From: Trichoplax sp. H2
Taxonomy: Eukaryota
Assembly: GCA_003344405.1 (NCBI GenBank)
Contig: NOWV01000015.1
Span: 186,001-250,000, forward strand
DNA length: 64,000 bases
Reading direction: 5' to 3'
Made by a program: the position numbers and the translations under genes. Below, one piece after another: positions 25,166 through 37,178 of the stretch; within the stretch, counting starts at the first letter, position 1, and each line of letters opens with the position of its first letter. The notes under the pieces are model-generated. The model was not told where the DNA came from. It made no database searches and worked only from the letters and a program-made list of their open reading frames with translations.

Positions 25166-28100
25166 ATAAAAATGATTCTACAAAAGCTCATGCTAGTACA
25201 GTTTATTAGTCTGATAATAACAAGGTAAATTTAATTAAAAATTATGGCTAAATCTAGTGGTTGGACTAGGTATGGAGTATGAAGAAAGAATAGCGATTAA
25301 AATATTCTTTTTCTTATACACAGGAAAAGAAAACTTATACAATAATCATACAAGCTTAACGACCAACTGGAATAGTTTTTCCATCTGTTCTGCTATATTT
25401 AGTACCATGATGCCGTATGCGAACTGTAAAGAATCTTATGAGCTATTGTGGTTACGAGACTTTTCATGCTACCTTTTGAATGATAAGTCAACAACTAATT
25501 TAATTGTATTACTCATTCTAGTATAATCGATATCACTGAAACAATCGCAATCGAATCCCTACAGACAAATGTTATTGACATTCGATTTAAATCAATCAAT
25601 ATTATTGACAAGGAGGTTGAGGGCAAATAGAATAAATTATATATTTTTATATACCATTGGTGTTATTATTCAAATTTTGTAAAGGCAATAGAGAATGTTT
25701 AAAATAGAGATATTATGTAGCAATAATAGTGTTGTCGCCAATCAGAATGATGGATCGTGATTTGGATATAAGAAACGTAACGATGATTTGATCTATTGAT
25801 CAGCTATCCTGTTGTAGTTTACGGGCCAACACTATTTCAGAATCGATGAATTGAATTCGACGTGGTATTATTTGCATGCTAAAAAAAGAATTTATCTTCC
25901 TCTGCTTGCTAAATACGATACAGCTGGAGAACGTCATTTTTAATTCCATTCGACCAATTAGCCATCACTGACAATACAAAGTTAAACACTTGAATCATCG
26001 CAGAAAATATTCTACACAATCTAAATCGTTGGAGATTTCCATCATCCTTCTATTTCTGAATTTTCAAGCATACTTCAAACAGAGGATAACTAATATGGAT
26101 TTCGTGATTGAACATGACGAGTGACAAAACACATAAATGTAAGATTATTGTTACATCGTAGGGCGTCTAATTGGATAATTTAATTTTTCATAATTCACAT
26201 ATCGATATGAAGTTAGAGACTTGCTAACTTTCTGGTGTTCATTTTTAACTTGCTTTGCGACTTGTTTATTAACTAATTTGACAACTATCCTCTACTTAAC
26301 ACCGAGGTGCTTCAATGGGGCATGTCCTCTTTATTTTAAACGTAATGTTCAGCATATATTCGATCAGCTATTCGATTTCGAATGGATGATTATCCATCAG
26401 GGATTTCGTACTTGATGGAAAAAAATTGAATTAATGTTTAGTTTATTTTGACTGGTAGAATACAGCCTAAAAGCGATATAAGATTTCCTATTGTAGCTGT
26501 AGTTTTGGGCACGATACTAACTAGGCTAGAGATACACAATGATTAGCCACTACTGTGGCGATAGGAAAATGGCGAATAATCTGAAACTTAATCGGATGAT
26601 ACATCCAACCTCGAAGCAATTTCTACCTTTAATGTTTGCCTGGGAAGCTTGTAGTACATTCCTTCAGTGAACTTTCTAGCAAAGTATGGAACAATGGCAG
26701 TTTGCTGTAGTAATTTTTAGCTTAACCAGGAGGTTCTAGAAGAAATATTTAAAAAAATGATCATTTGCTTTAATAATCATCTTCAAGATAAGTTCATGGC
26801 GTCTATTTCATCATCAGGCATGCTTTATCTAGTTGAATAATAAACTCGAAATGAGCAAATGTGCTTTAAAACCGAGATTGACGTAAAGTATCTCAAAGCA
26901 GTTTGGTATTGTAACTAAAGTTATTCCAGAAAAAAATGAGCGCCAAGAAAGTAACGAACAGAAAAAGTTCATTCCTGTCCATAGGAAAGTGCTATAATTG
27001 TACTACAGTGCTACGCGTATGTCAATCTATTTTAATTTATTGAATACGATTATTTCTTTCCATTAAAATCGATTACTCCTGTAATTAATACTCGTATAGT
27101 ATAATAATTATTCCTGCGGTTAAGCTTTTACCTTTCCTTTTCTTTCTCTGTTTTTTTATGCTTATTATTTGTAAAGGCTAAGATCCTATAATGGTGTAAA
27201 GTCAAATACGGCGTATTACTTTATATTGTTGGCAGGATTAACCAGCATTGCTAAAATAAGGGTATTCCGATACATTTTAATATTGTGTTTACGTGAGCGA
27301 ATTTTATATCAACATCTTATTGTAAATTGCTGCTACTGTACTACCACATGGACCATTGGACATGATTGAAGGCAGGTTTCCTATTGCCTACTTTGTATGA
27401 TGTGATCGGGTAATACAGTTACTTTTATAGTAGATCATTTATTCCATTCAATAATTTTTAATGGATGATGATTTGATACCCCATATTGCCAACTATATGT
27501 AAACTAGCTAATCGTACAGGATCAATTTCGATGTACAAGAACATAGATATATAGAATCCAGTAGATCAAAGGTAAAAGGAAATTCATCCATTATTCTTTG
27601 GAAATGCCTTTGCCTCAATGTATTTTTAGCTAAGGCTAACGTATTCCTTGTGAGTACTATGCATACAGTACAATCAAACTTTGGAGACCATCTTATACTT
27701 GGATATTTTATACAAATTAAACTATAGTGTATAGGTTGGCTATTCCCACTTTTGACGACTTGTTTTTGTACATCCGACTATATTACTTGTTGTATTATGG
27801 CCAATTAATCCGTGTTTATTTGTAAATGTTTAAAAGCATTGCACTAGTTGAATGGTTAGAGTGAAATAGTTTGTAGATGGCTTAGCCAAAGCTCTGGACT
27901 TGAGATTGGATGCCTGATTTTGACCTCTATCCCTAGTCTAACTGTGTGACAAAGCGTTTTCTCGAGAATGCAACAAGAACTACAGTTTTCTATAAACTTC
28001 ACTTTATCACAGAGGATTTTGCTCGTCTTACAACTACTAAGGACTATCTAATAGCAATTAGACCATATAATCTTAGTTCTAAGCTTATTTGGAACTACAC

Positions 28101-28214
28101 AACAACAGGGCATTTTGCTGTGCTGAATACGTCGTCGTACTCTGAGTAAATTGAACTTGGCCCTGCCTAGAAATAGACTTTTACTCAATTCATTTTGAGC
28201 GGTGTGGTCTTTTC

Positions 28215-28422
28215 GTCATAGTAGTAGTAATATAGACTAAAAGTATAGCAGTAATATAAAGTAAGACACTGTATGTGATCGAGAATAGTCACTGTGCTTC
28301 ATAAAGTAATCGTAGAAGATGAGCAGCTTGATATGAAACGGTATAGTTGTACTACTGTGTGTAGTTTACGTTAGAGATTTGCTTTATTTTAATAACTCCC
28401 AATTTCGAGTTGGTGGATCGCG
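28215..28422 (+). mobile_element. Possible old LTR 3-prime fragment related to family C
   Basis: GTAGAAG, CTGTGTGTAGTT and TTGGT..ATC motifs occur in the same order as in the 3-prime end of 56277-56828; no TSD or intact termini found. Confidence 0.3.
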
Positions 28423-29239
28423 ATCTAAAGGGTTTAAAACCCTATTCACGTTAGTATATTGGCTATCATTACTGTGAGATAGGATAGAGTTTTGCTAACT
28501 TTACCCAGCAGAAAAAAATTAATCAGATTAAAGTAAGCGAAATCTTACAATAATAGTATTTCTGATAATATGGAGCATCTAATTGCATAGTTCTTACGGC
28601 ATTTTCATATTTTTCTTTGCTCGCCACTTTGATGAAATCGTTCCAGCCAATGGTACAGTATAGTAGTACGATACAGTAGCAGGGACAACTTACCTAAATT
28701 CTTCATCTCTTCCCAAAATTTGATGACATTAGTCAACTGATGTCGATTTTATTGACAATCCGTTGACATGGATGATTTTTCAAGAATAAAATGACAAGAT
28801 TTTGATTTTTTCTTCGACTTTACGTTATTCCGTGAATTAGTTTTATTTTAATATGAACCATCTTTTAACGTAACAGTAGCCGATGGCGTTTTGTACCTTT
28901 GCTCAGCATCATCTACTCTTTGCAACTGCTCAACATTGCAAAGAGTCGACCAAAGCAATCCTTGCAGCGTTTGCTCACCTTTACCAGTATACAATTAAGT
29001 TTCATCATGGAATTTTCATCCCGACAATCCCATATCATTAAAATGATTGCATTTATTTTAATTTAAGGGACGTAATTTAACCCAGTTTCCATTTCTTGTT
29101 AGCACATTACTAAATTGAGTTTTGTTTTGCCCCGGACCGGACAGTGCTTTATGTATTTCTCATAAGTAAAGAACGGTAGCTACTAAAGTCTTTCAAGTTG
29201 AAACCTAAGCACTAGCATTGTTGCAATGAATACAAGACC

Positions 29240-29540
29240 ATGTTTCCATTTCGTTTGCATTTCTGTTTCAAAAAGGTATTCCTGCATATCAACGATCTTG
29301 CTAAGTTAAAAGCGGAAATTCAAGGTTTAAACTAGTGATTCACAGATTGAACACCAACGTCGTTGCAATCTAGATACAACTCCCCGTGATTTAACCTTTC
29401 AATTTCGGGACCCCAGTTTCGTTTGCAAGCCTGTTTTGAACGGTGTCCCTGCATATCGGCGACCTTGCGAATTGGAAAGTGGAGATTAATCGTTTTAATC
29501 CAACAGGCAATACCGGCGGTATGCACTTGCACGTGTAAGC
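29240..29540 (+). pseudogene. Degenerate coding-like tandem duplication, period about 166 bp
   Basis: 29246-29335 and 29413-29505 align; + strand translations FRLHFCFKKVFLHINDLAKLKAEIQGLN and FRLQACFE/VSLHIGDLANWKVEINRFN (one frameshift) are similar; stops follow both. Family not recognised. Confidence 0.35.
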
Positions 29541-32413
29541 ATAGTGCCTGATCGCTGCAGTAGTTATCAAGAAAAAGAATTTCTTTGGTAGTGATCACCA
29601 CCCGTGTATTCCTTAGTTGATTTGATTTGGGAAAACATAGGATCCTTGCCAATCAGTATTATCGTCATAATGAAATCCTACCGTTGATTATGCCATAGAT
29701 AGAAAAGAAAAATTCAATTGGCAGCCTCGTACTGTTGGACAAAAAATGTTCACAGTTTTGTATAACAATATCTATCTATATTTATATAAATGGTCTCCCT
29801 GCTTGACTTACTGATTTTATTTTTATTTTTCTACGTCATATTTTGACAGCCAACCCTAAGTGTTAGCAATACAAAACCTGTAGGTGAAGAGGTTTCATTA
29901 CTCTATACGGTATACGACATGTCATTATTGGCTCAATAGTTTGAGCGTGAATAAGTCATTCCTCCATGTCATAAAATGAACACATTGAACTATTGTCAAA
30001 CAACATTGCGTCTATTCTACTTTCATTTTTAATTATTGTTATAGCAGCGATAGAGTATCGGCCATTAAAAGAAATGTTGAAATGACTGTGGTTTATAAGA
30101 ATCAAGTCGTGCAACGGATTTTGCTGTAGTTTTCCCCCGTTCAATAATACTTCCGTTGTTCTTTAGCTATTCTACATCATGTCTAGCTTGTCCATTCGCA
30201 ATACCGCGCATTAATATGAAATAATTTTACCTGTACTGTAGCTACAGTTTAGACTTACGCCTTTTGGATAAGGACAGTGAATGGATTGATATTGAAATGA
30301 ATAACTAGTATTGTTGAATTATGGTCGTAATTCAATTAATTCATTCTCTTTTTAATGGATGCTCACTAGATTAGTTCCGATGTCCTTGCTCCGGATTTGG
30401 CTGAACCTATCCTGTTTAAAAATTGATCAATGACGAAGAGCCAAACTACCTATTTTCCATTAGCAAAATTGAAATTTTCTCCGCCGTTTTACCTCACTAG
30501 AATAGTGATTGTAAAAAAAGTGCATTTGGACGCTTATTGTAACATTCGATTAAATGTAAGGGCTAGCCCCTGAATAAAAAGGTAATTGACTTTATAAATT
30601 GCATTCTATAGTTCATCGTATATAATCCAATTACCATCATTACAATTCAATTATTTCTATTCTATTAATCGTTATTGCACGTATCGCCTGTTATTCATCA
30701 TGATAACTTCTAGAGTAAAATTGACCCAGCATCTTGGTAGCAACTGATTGATTTGTGACGTGAAAATTATCCATATCAAGCTTTTTCCAATTGCGAAAAT
30801 GGATAAAAATCCTGTGGTTAATGTTACAGGTACTGACTACATTAGTTGCATTATTTTTAATTAAAAATTGTTGAAGAAGTAAATAATGTTCAAATTTCAT
30901 TATTTGCTTTAATCTTAGTCTCCATTAGATAAATCAGCCATCTTTTGCCGCGAACAAATGCACCTATTGCTATACTCTCTTGTAGTTCATGTCTTTTAGC
31001 GATTACTTTTCTATCGGATTACATGTCCTAAGCATAGTACAGTACCACAAGAAATCCAGCCTTTTCATTAGATTGCTCGTTTGGTATCTAGAATTGCAAT
31101 GATGACTATTTTACTAAGATGTAAACCACATTAGCCCTATCAGCAGCAAAATAAAAGCGAACTCCGTACTAAAAATGGCGATTATTTTGTAGTGGAATTT
31201 TTTTCTTAGTGTATTATTACTAGAGACCCTAAATAAATAAATTATTTTAGGATCTCTCGTGATCATTATTTTGATGGCACTCTTTATCAGATACCAAGAA
31301 ATTTTTGAAAGTTTCTGATATAGTTACTATTCGTCATGCTAATTGAAGACTGCTAAAGTAATCCTTTCAATAAATAACTAAAATAAATCAAAGTCCGAAA
31401 AATACCAAATTCCAAATAATGTCCCTAAAATAAGAACGTCGCCCGAGAATACATAGCCTAAAGCAGTATAAAATATTGGTAAAACTTGGCTACATAAAAA
31501 GTCTTCGAGTATGGAGTAGTTAGATTGCGCTTTATGAAGATGATTGAACGATACTTTAACCCTGTTGTACCGTGTTATTATTATCAGAGAGGGTAAAATT
31601 GTAATATATATTATCACGCACATAGCCTATACTCGTATTTTTCCCATTGCTAAAACCTAGTTGTTACTGCTGTGATTGACTTTATTGCTCGATAATTGAT
31701 AAACTATGTATCCAAGTTGTATCCACAGATGTACTTAAAGTGTTCCAGTATCTATGGTCTACTTGGTGTCTTGATAAGGTTCCTACTTTTTGCTTGACGT
31801 TAGCTAGATTTTAATTTATAGTGAACTACTGCAACGCCTGTAATCAATATGATGTTAGGTTGCAATTGTAGTTCATTTTTACATGCCCAGATTCTTATAA
31901 CAATTATGGAAAGTTTGTAGCTATACCTAAGAGATATATCGTTTTGGGCTTGATGGCATTGCAGTCGTTATATTTCCATTAAAAATCGTAATGCAGAATT
32001 CGTAGCAGTTTTTATGCCGGCATTGAAAAGAACTTTAACGCCATACACTAAATCTTTCATCATCGCGTTTTCTGGATAGCCAACTAGATGAAATACTGAT
32101 AGCCAGTCTGATAACCCTGTACAGCTATTTTGGCTAGATTATAATTTGTCGTTGTAACGGTAATGTATAGTATATTTTAATAATAATATCATCCAAATTC
32201 AGTGCTTGAGCCCCAAAAATAAGCGAACGCTTAGATTAATTATAGGCTAGCTGTAGAATTGCTATTAAGCAATTTTTGATTGGGTACATTAGGCCGTAGA
32301 TTCTGTGCACACTGTACAGTGTACAGTATTTATAAACCATGTCCTAATCTACTAGTAGATTCTAAAGTTTCAGTCGATGACTAATTTCGCCTTCCTTCTT
32401 CACCTAAATATAG

Positions 32414-33375
32414 CTATATTAACACCTGAATACTTCTTCAGTGGCACTTTAACAGTCTTAACTAACGTTGCTTTATTAATATTCATGACGTTTCGTCGTA
32501 AATTAAGAAGTAGCCAACATGCAATTACGATAAGTTCCCTTGTGACTGCTTTCCTTTTCGCTGCGATCTATATCTTTCCACGGTTTAGCTACGCAATCAA
32601 GAGATTCAATGATACTCAAGTTCAACCAGATGATGTACGCTGTGGACTATTTTCACGCATTGGTTTGGCTTTATTTCTATCTCTAAGTTGCCATATATTG
32701 CTAAGAACTATACAAATGTATCTTATGATTTGTCATCCTTTTAAATCAGCCAATTGGTTGTTAAAACGGAATACATACATGGCATTGGTATTGGTCTGGT
32801 CTATGACTATTGCAATACCATTAGGAACACAAATTTATTTTGAAATTTCTTATACCTACATTGGTCCACAAACATCGGATTTTTGTCGAAATTCTTCTAT
32901 TGAATTCCTAAGATACTGTAGTATTATTACAGCCATTTTTTCCATTCTAGTGTTATTCCTATTAACCATAACTTATGGCAGAATATTAATTATAACAAAT
33001 AGAACACGAGCTAGGATTCGCACAGTAAGTGTTACTACTTCATCGACTTCAGATAATCGTATGCCGAAACTCAAGCGTCGTAGTAAAGCCATGAATCAAG
33101 TTTTAACCGTCTATATGCTATATTTTTTATTTTGGATTCCTTTCCTTATCATGGTTCTTTATACTCAATATAATCCTGATCTTCAAAGGGAAATTTGGCC
33201 TGATTCAACCTACGTTGCTTTACGTACAACTCAATATATTGCCTTTTTATTTCCGGCTATTCAACCCATACTTTTTGCAATATTTACATCAGATATTTAT
33301 ACTGAGATAGCTAAAACATGTCATTTTCACAGACGTAGTATAGCAAGTAAAAAATCTACTTTCAACGATTGTTAA
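32414..33375 (+). CDS. Rhodopsin-like 7TM GPCR, paralogue 3; main coding exon (ORF open from ATG 32377)
   Basis: Complete seven-helix ORF; RCG, QMY...ICHP, FWIPF, QPILF. AG at 32412-32413 follows a CTAAT branch-like site and pyrimidine tract at the same codon position as in paralogue 1, so the first 12 ORF codons are probably intronic. Confidence 0.9.
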
Positions 33376-35132
33376 CTGGGATCGACGTTACTATACAAAT
33401 TCGTCATTATCCACTCTTATTATGATAAATTTTAGTATTGACTTTAAATTTAAAAGATTGCTCTTTGAATATTTTTTTCAGATGTTGTGGCTACTTTACT
33501 GCCAATTTGAATTTTAAACTGCCTTACGTATATAATATCATATTGGTAACGAATTCATCTATCTGCAGATATTGTGATGCTATCAATGCTTTATACCATT
33601 CTAGATCTAGTATGCCGTGGGATGCAATGGTAATTGTAAGCTGGAATTATTACATATTGCAATAATTGTAAACTTATGCAAGACATTGAATTTCGGTTGC
33701 TTCCAATGATAAAGGCTTGTTTGATATTTGAATTGTATAATGTGTAACTCTCGCACATATACATACTTCTATTCACATTGAAGATAAATTTTTACCGTAA
33801 TTTATATATAATCACCGATATGGGTGCAATTTTAATATACATAACTATCATTATTTTATATCATAATATTTCAATTACCATTGCGTTACCAGTTTATTTT
33901 TCTTAAATTTGTATCTCTATAAAATAAGATTTCTCTTGAACAACTGTTCAATTAATTATCAATAAAGATATTGCTGAGAAAGTAATTGTGATGACTCATA
34001 GGATATACCTTAAAAGAGGCGATTTCACCTCATATTGAAACTTACTGTCAAGAACTTCAATTACTCAAAAGATTGGAATTGATAGTTACTACGAGTGTGA
34101 ACTTATTCCCCCAAATTTATATTTTTATGGCTGGTCACCAGTTAGTAAATTCCTCTATCTAGCATCCTTGATTTCGCCGTCTAATATCCAATTTTAATGG
34201 AAATAAATCTATTAGCTAATTATCAATAGAGTATTCAATTTTTACAACGCGCTCCACAACTTAATTAATACTGTGCAATGATGGTATAGGCAATGTGTTA
34301 TCATCACACGAGAATACGGGTATACATTGTTTATAATATTTTCCCTCTACGTCATTTAAGGAAATGAGTTATATGGAGTTGCTCTCATCATGGAACATAA
34401 AAACTGACATTATAATAAGTTTCAAGAATTGTCCAAATCCTGTAATAAATAATAACAATTGAAATTTTAATCATATAGCAATTGTCAAACGGCTATTCAA
34501 CATTTTCTATCACGGAATTGAATAGATTCTTGATTGAATTTTTTTTAGATCTATAGAACCTTTTGTCTGCTGTATTGTGCTATATTATTTTTCTCCTTAA
34601 CAAAACTTCAAGGCATCGTTTAGCATTTCACTAAAGTTTGACTTCGATCTATGATCGAAACTACTCTAGTATAGAACATGTGATCTATGTAACTCGAACG
34701 AAAACGAGCCTAGAAGTTAAGAAATGTAGTCTATATTTAGGTGATGATGTATCATGACTGCAATTTAATTCATATCTAAAGAAGGCGAGGTATTCAATTT
34801 ATCTACGAAAAACAGCAAGATTTTATTATTCATAGTCTCAAAGACCTTTGAATTTATTAATTAATTTTAACAGGATTTATGCTGTATTGATGGTTATTGA
34901 TCTCTAGCATAGTAATGAAAAGATAATCATTTTTACTTCTAAACATTTCTATTACGTATTGTTGAACTTGTGTCTATAGTCAACGACAGATCCTCGTCTA
35001 CTGGAAAAACAATCTTGTTGTTTTGCATCAACCCAAATATTCAAGCACAAATCCATCGTGAAACTTATTTCTAGGATCGACTAAAACTGAAACTAGACCT
35101 ACTACAAGGAAACTGCAATAATTATATACCGC

Positions 35133-35574
35133 TGTCACAAACCAGCTTCGTGACAAGGATAACGTAAAATAAATCTCCAAATTACTATAGTCTCCGGGAT
35201 TCAGTATCCCTTAACTACCTTACAAGAATTTAGACGTCTTTGCTTCTACGTTAAACTCAACTAGACAATTGAGAACTACTTTATTCAACTATCTGACGGG
35301 CTTATATACCCTTCTACAGCAGCTAACATTCACAAGTCATCTTATAAAAATACTTAGGTCAGAACATCTACTAGGTAATTTTTCACAGTCGAAGTACAAT
35401 ACGTCCATTCACAGAATCATTTCAGTGCACATTGCAGCACAGCATTAAATTTACTGTAACACATTTATAATTAGAGTAATTCCTACTGCAAGTAACTAGT
35501 TGTAATATATTATCACTGTATTATATTAAACAAATTTAGATGGTTATTTCTTCACTGTAGTTCGTACCGTGACA
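35133..35574 (-). mobile_element. Solo LTR, family B, copy 1 (442 bp)
   Basis: TGTCAC...GTGACA ends, TSD ACCGC/ACTGC (one mismatch), minus-strand TATATAA at 35308 and AATAAA at 35285; homologous to 46335-47371 and 47673-48098. Confidence 0.85.
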
Positions 35575-37178
35575 ACTGCATTCTTGTATGGAAATATTAG
35601 ATGAATCTGGTTACCATTAATTCAGTACTTTGGTTTGTTTTAAAGTTAATATTACTAGTTACATAAATTAATCATTTCAAACAAAATAGCGTTGAATGGT
35701 ATCAGCTGTTCAAACTAACTTCAGATAAGTTTTACTTATTGAACACAGGGTTGTTTGTGTTTTTTATCCGGTGAATCCTAGGGGCTAATTAATTACACTG
35801 CAGCCTGTGTAATTTAGCAATGTCGTAAAAGCACCAAAAGTGTGAAATGCACTGATTAATATGGTATTATGTACACAACATAGGAAAGCATGATAAAAAA
35901 TTATTTGCTTTCGTATTTATTATCTCTTGATAAACTACCCAATAATACAGGTCCGTTATATGACATCTCTAAATGAATTTGAAATTATTAAAATACTCGT
36001 AAAGAAAAGAAAGCGAGCAGTTATTAACAATTTACGCTCTTGTTTGAAAAGGTCAAGCCTTAATTATTGATAGTCTATGGATAGTTATCTACTCTCTTAT
36101 TCTATCATTCTGTTACATAGGAAAAAATGATTTTAAATTGGTAAGATTTGCAGTTGCTAAGTATAATCAAAGAATAACATACCAGCTGAGATTTTTTCAG
36201 AAAAATACGTTAATATAAAACAATCTTGATAGGCGTTACCGTAGAAAGTAAATTTGCACCGAATCAGACTAATGGAAATATGGCATTAAAATATATAGAG
36301 AAATTTCTTACAAGCTTTAAAATCTCACTGTTAGATAGAGTATTAAGATTCTATTTAACTCGATGACTATTAAAACTTATGCCAAAATAATAGGGCTACC
36401 CACTGTAAAATTAGTCAGTAATTGAATGACTATCATTACTAGCGAAAAACTCTCTTCCTGAACGGGAAAAATTCTCAAAAAGTATTGGATAAAAATGTAA
36501 TTTAAAATTATTTTAATAGAATATTAGACCCGTTAGTATTTTACTAATAGTTTTAGGCAGTAGCATTTATGGATCGGTATAGTTTAGATAATCTAGTTGT
36601 GAGTACTTTCTGCAGTTTCTTTCTCACTTGCTAGCTCATTCATAATTATCTCTTCTTCTTTCGTATACATCATCTTTGGAATAGAAAGACTGACTGCTTC
36701 ATTGATTTTATCCCTATCCCCTGTAGAAATAAATAAATGATTATTCTATCGTTTAATCTGAAAAATTGAATAGGTCATAAGTTGATACTTTTCCCTTTAG
36801 TGAAGAAAAATTTCGACTATGGATTTATTACACATGATTCCGAATGTATGCTAGTGGAATTTATCGAATACTAGCATTTATTAATAGTCTGTAAATAAAT
36901 ATATTAATTAACGTAGTAACTGACTAACCGTTAAGGCTGGCTAGACTAATAGCATTTATCATATCTTAGGAGGCGATGGTGGCAAAGTATAAAATCATAT
37001 ACTGTAGTATAGCTACTAATAAAAATTTTTATATCTATTACATTACCTGTTCTCATTTCTCGATAGTCTCTCGAAAGTAAACCGGCATCTGCAATAAACG
37101 GACAAAAATTTATTTTATCATTTATATTAGATAAGCTTAAATATTGTCTTAATTTATGTATTAGTTATAAAGGCAATC

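Noticed and set aside
25700-27850. Coding-like patches between GPCR2 and GPCR3 (also near 9700-10150 and 15530-15950)
   Set aside because: Short, stop-ridden translations with no motif I can recognise.
27841-27940. tRNA or SINE-head-like sequence (TAGTTGAATGGTTAGAG ... CTGGACTTG)
   Set aside because: No GTTCRA B box and no cloverleaf could be formed.
29332-29652. 106-aa minus-strand ORF
   Set aside because: Non-ATG start, no recognisable domain; the duplicated unit reads better on the + strand.
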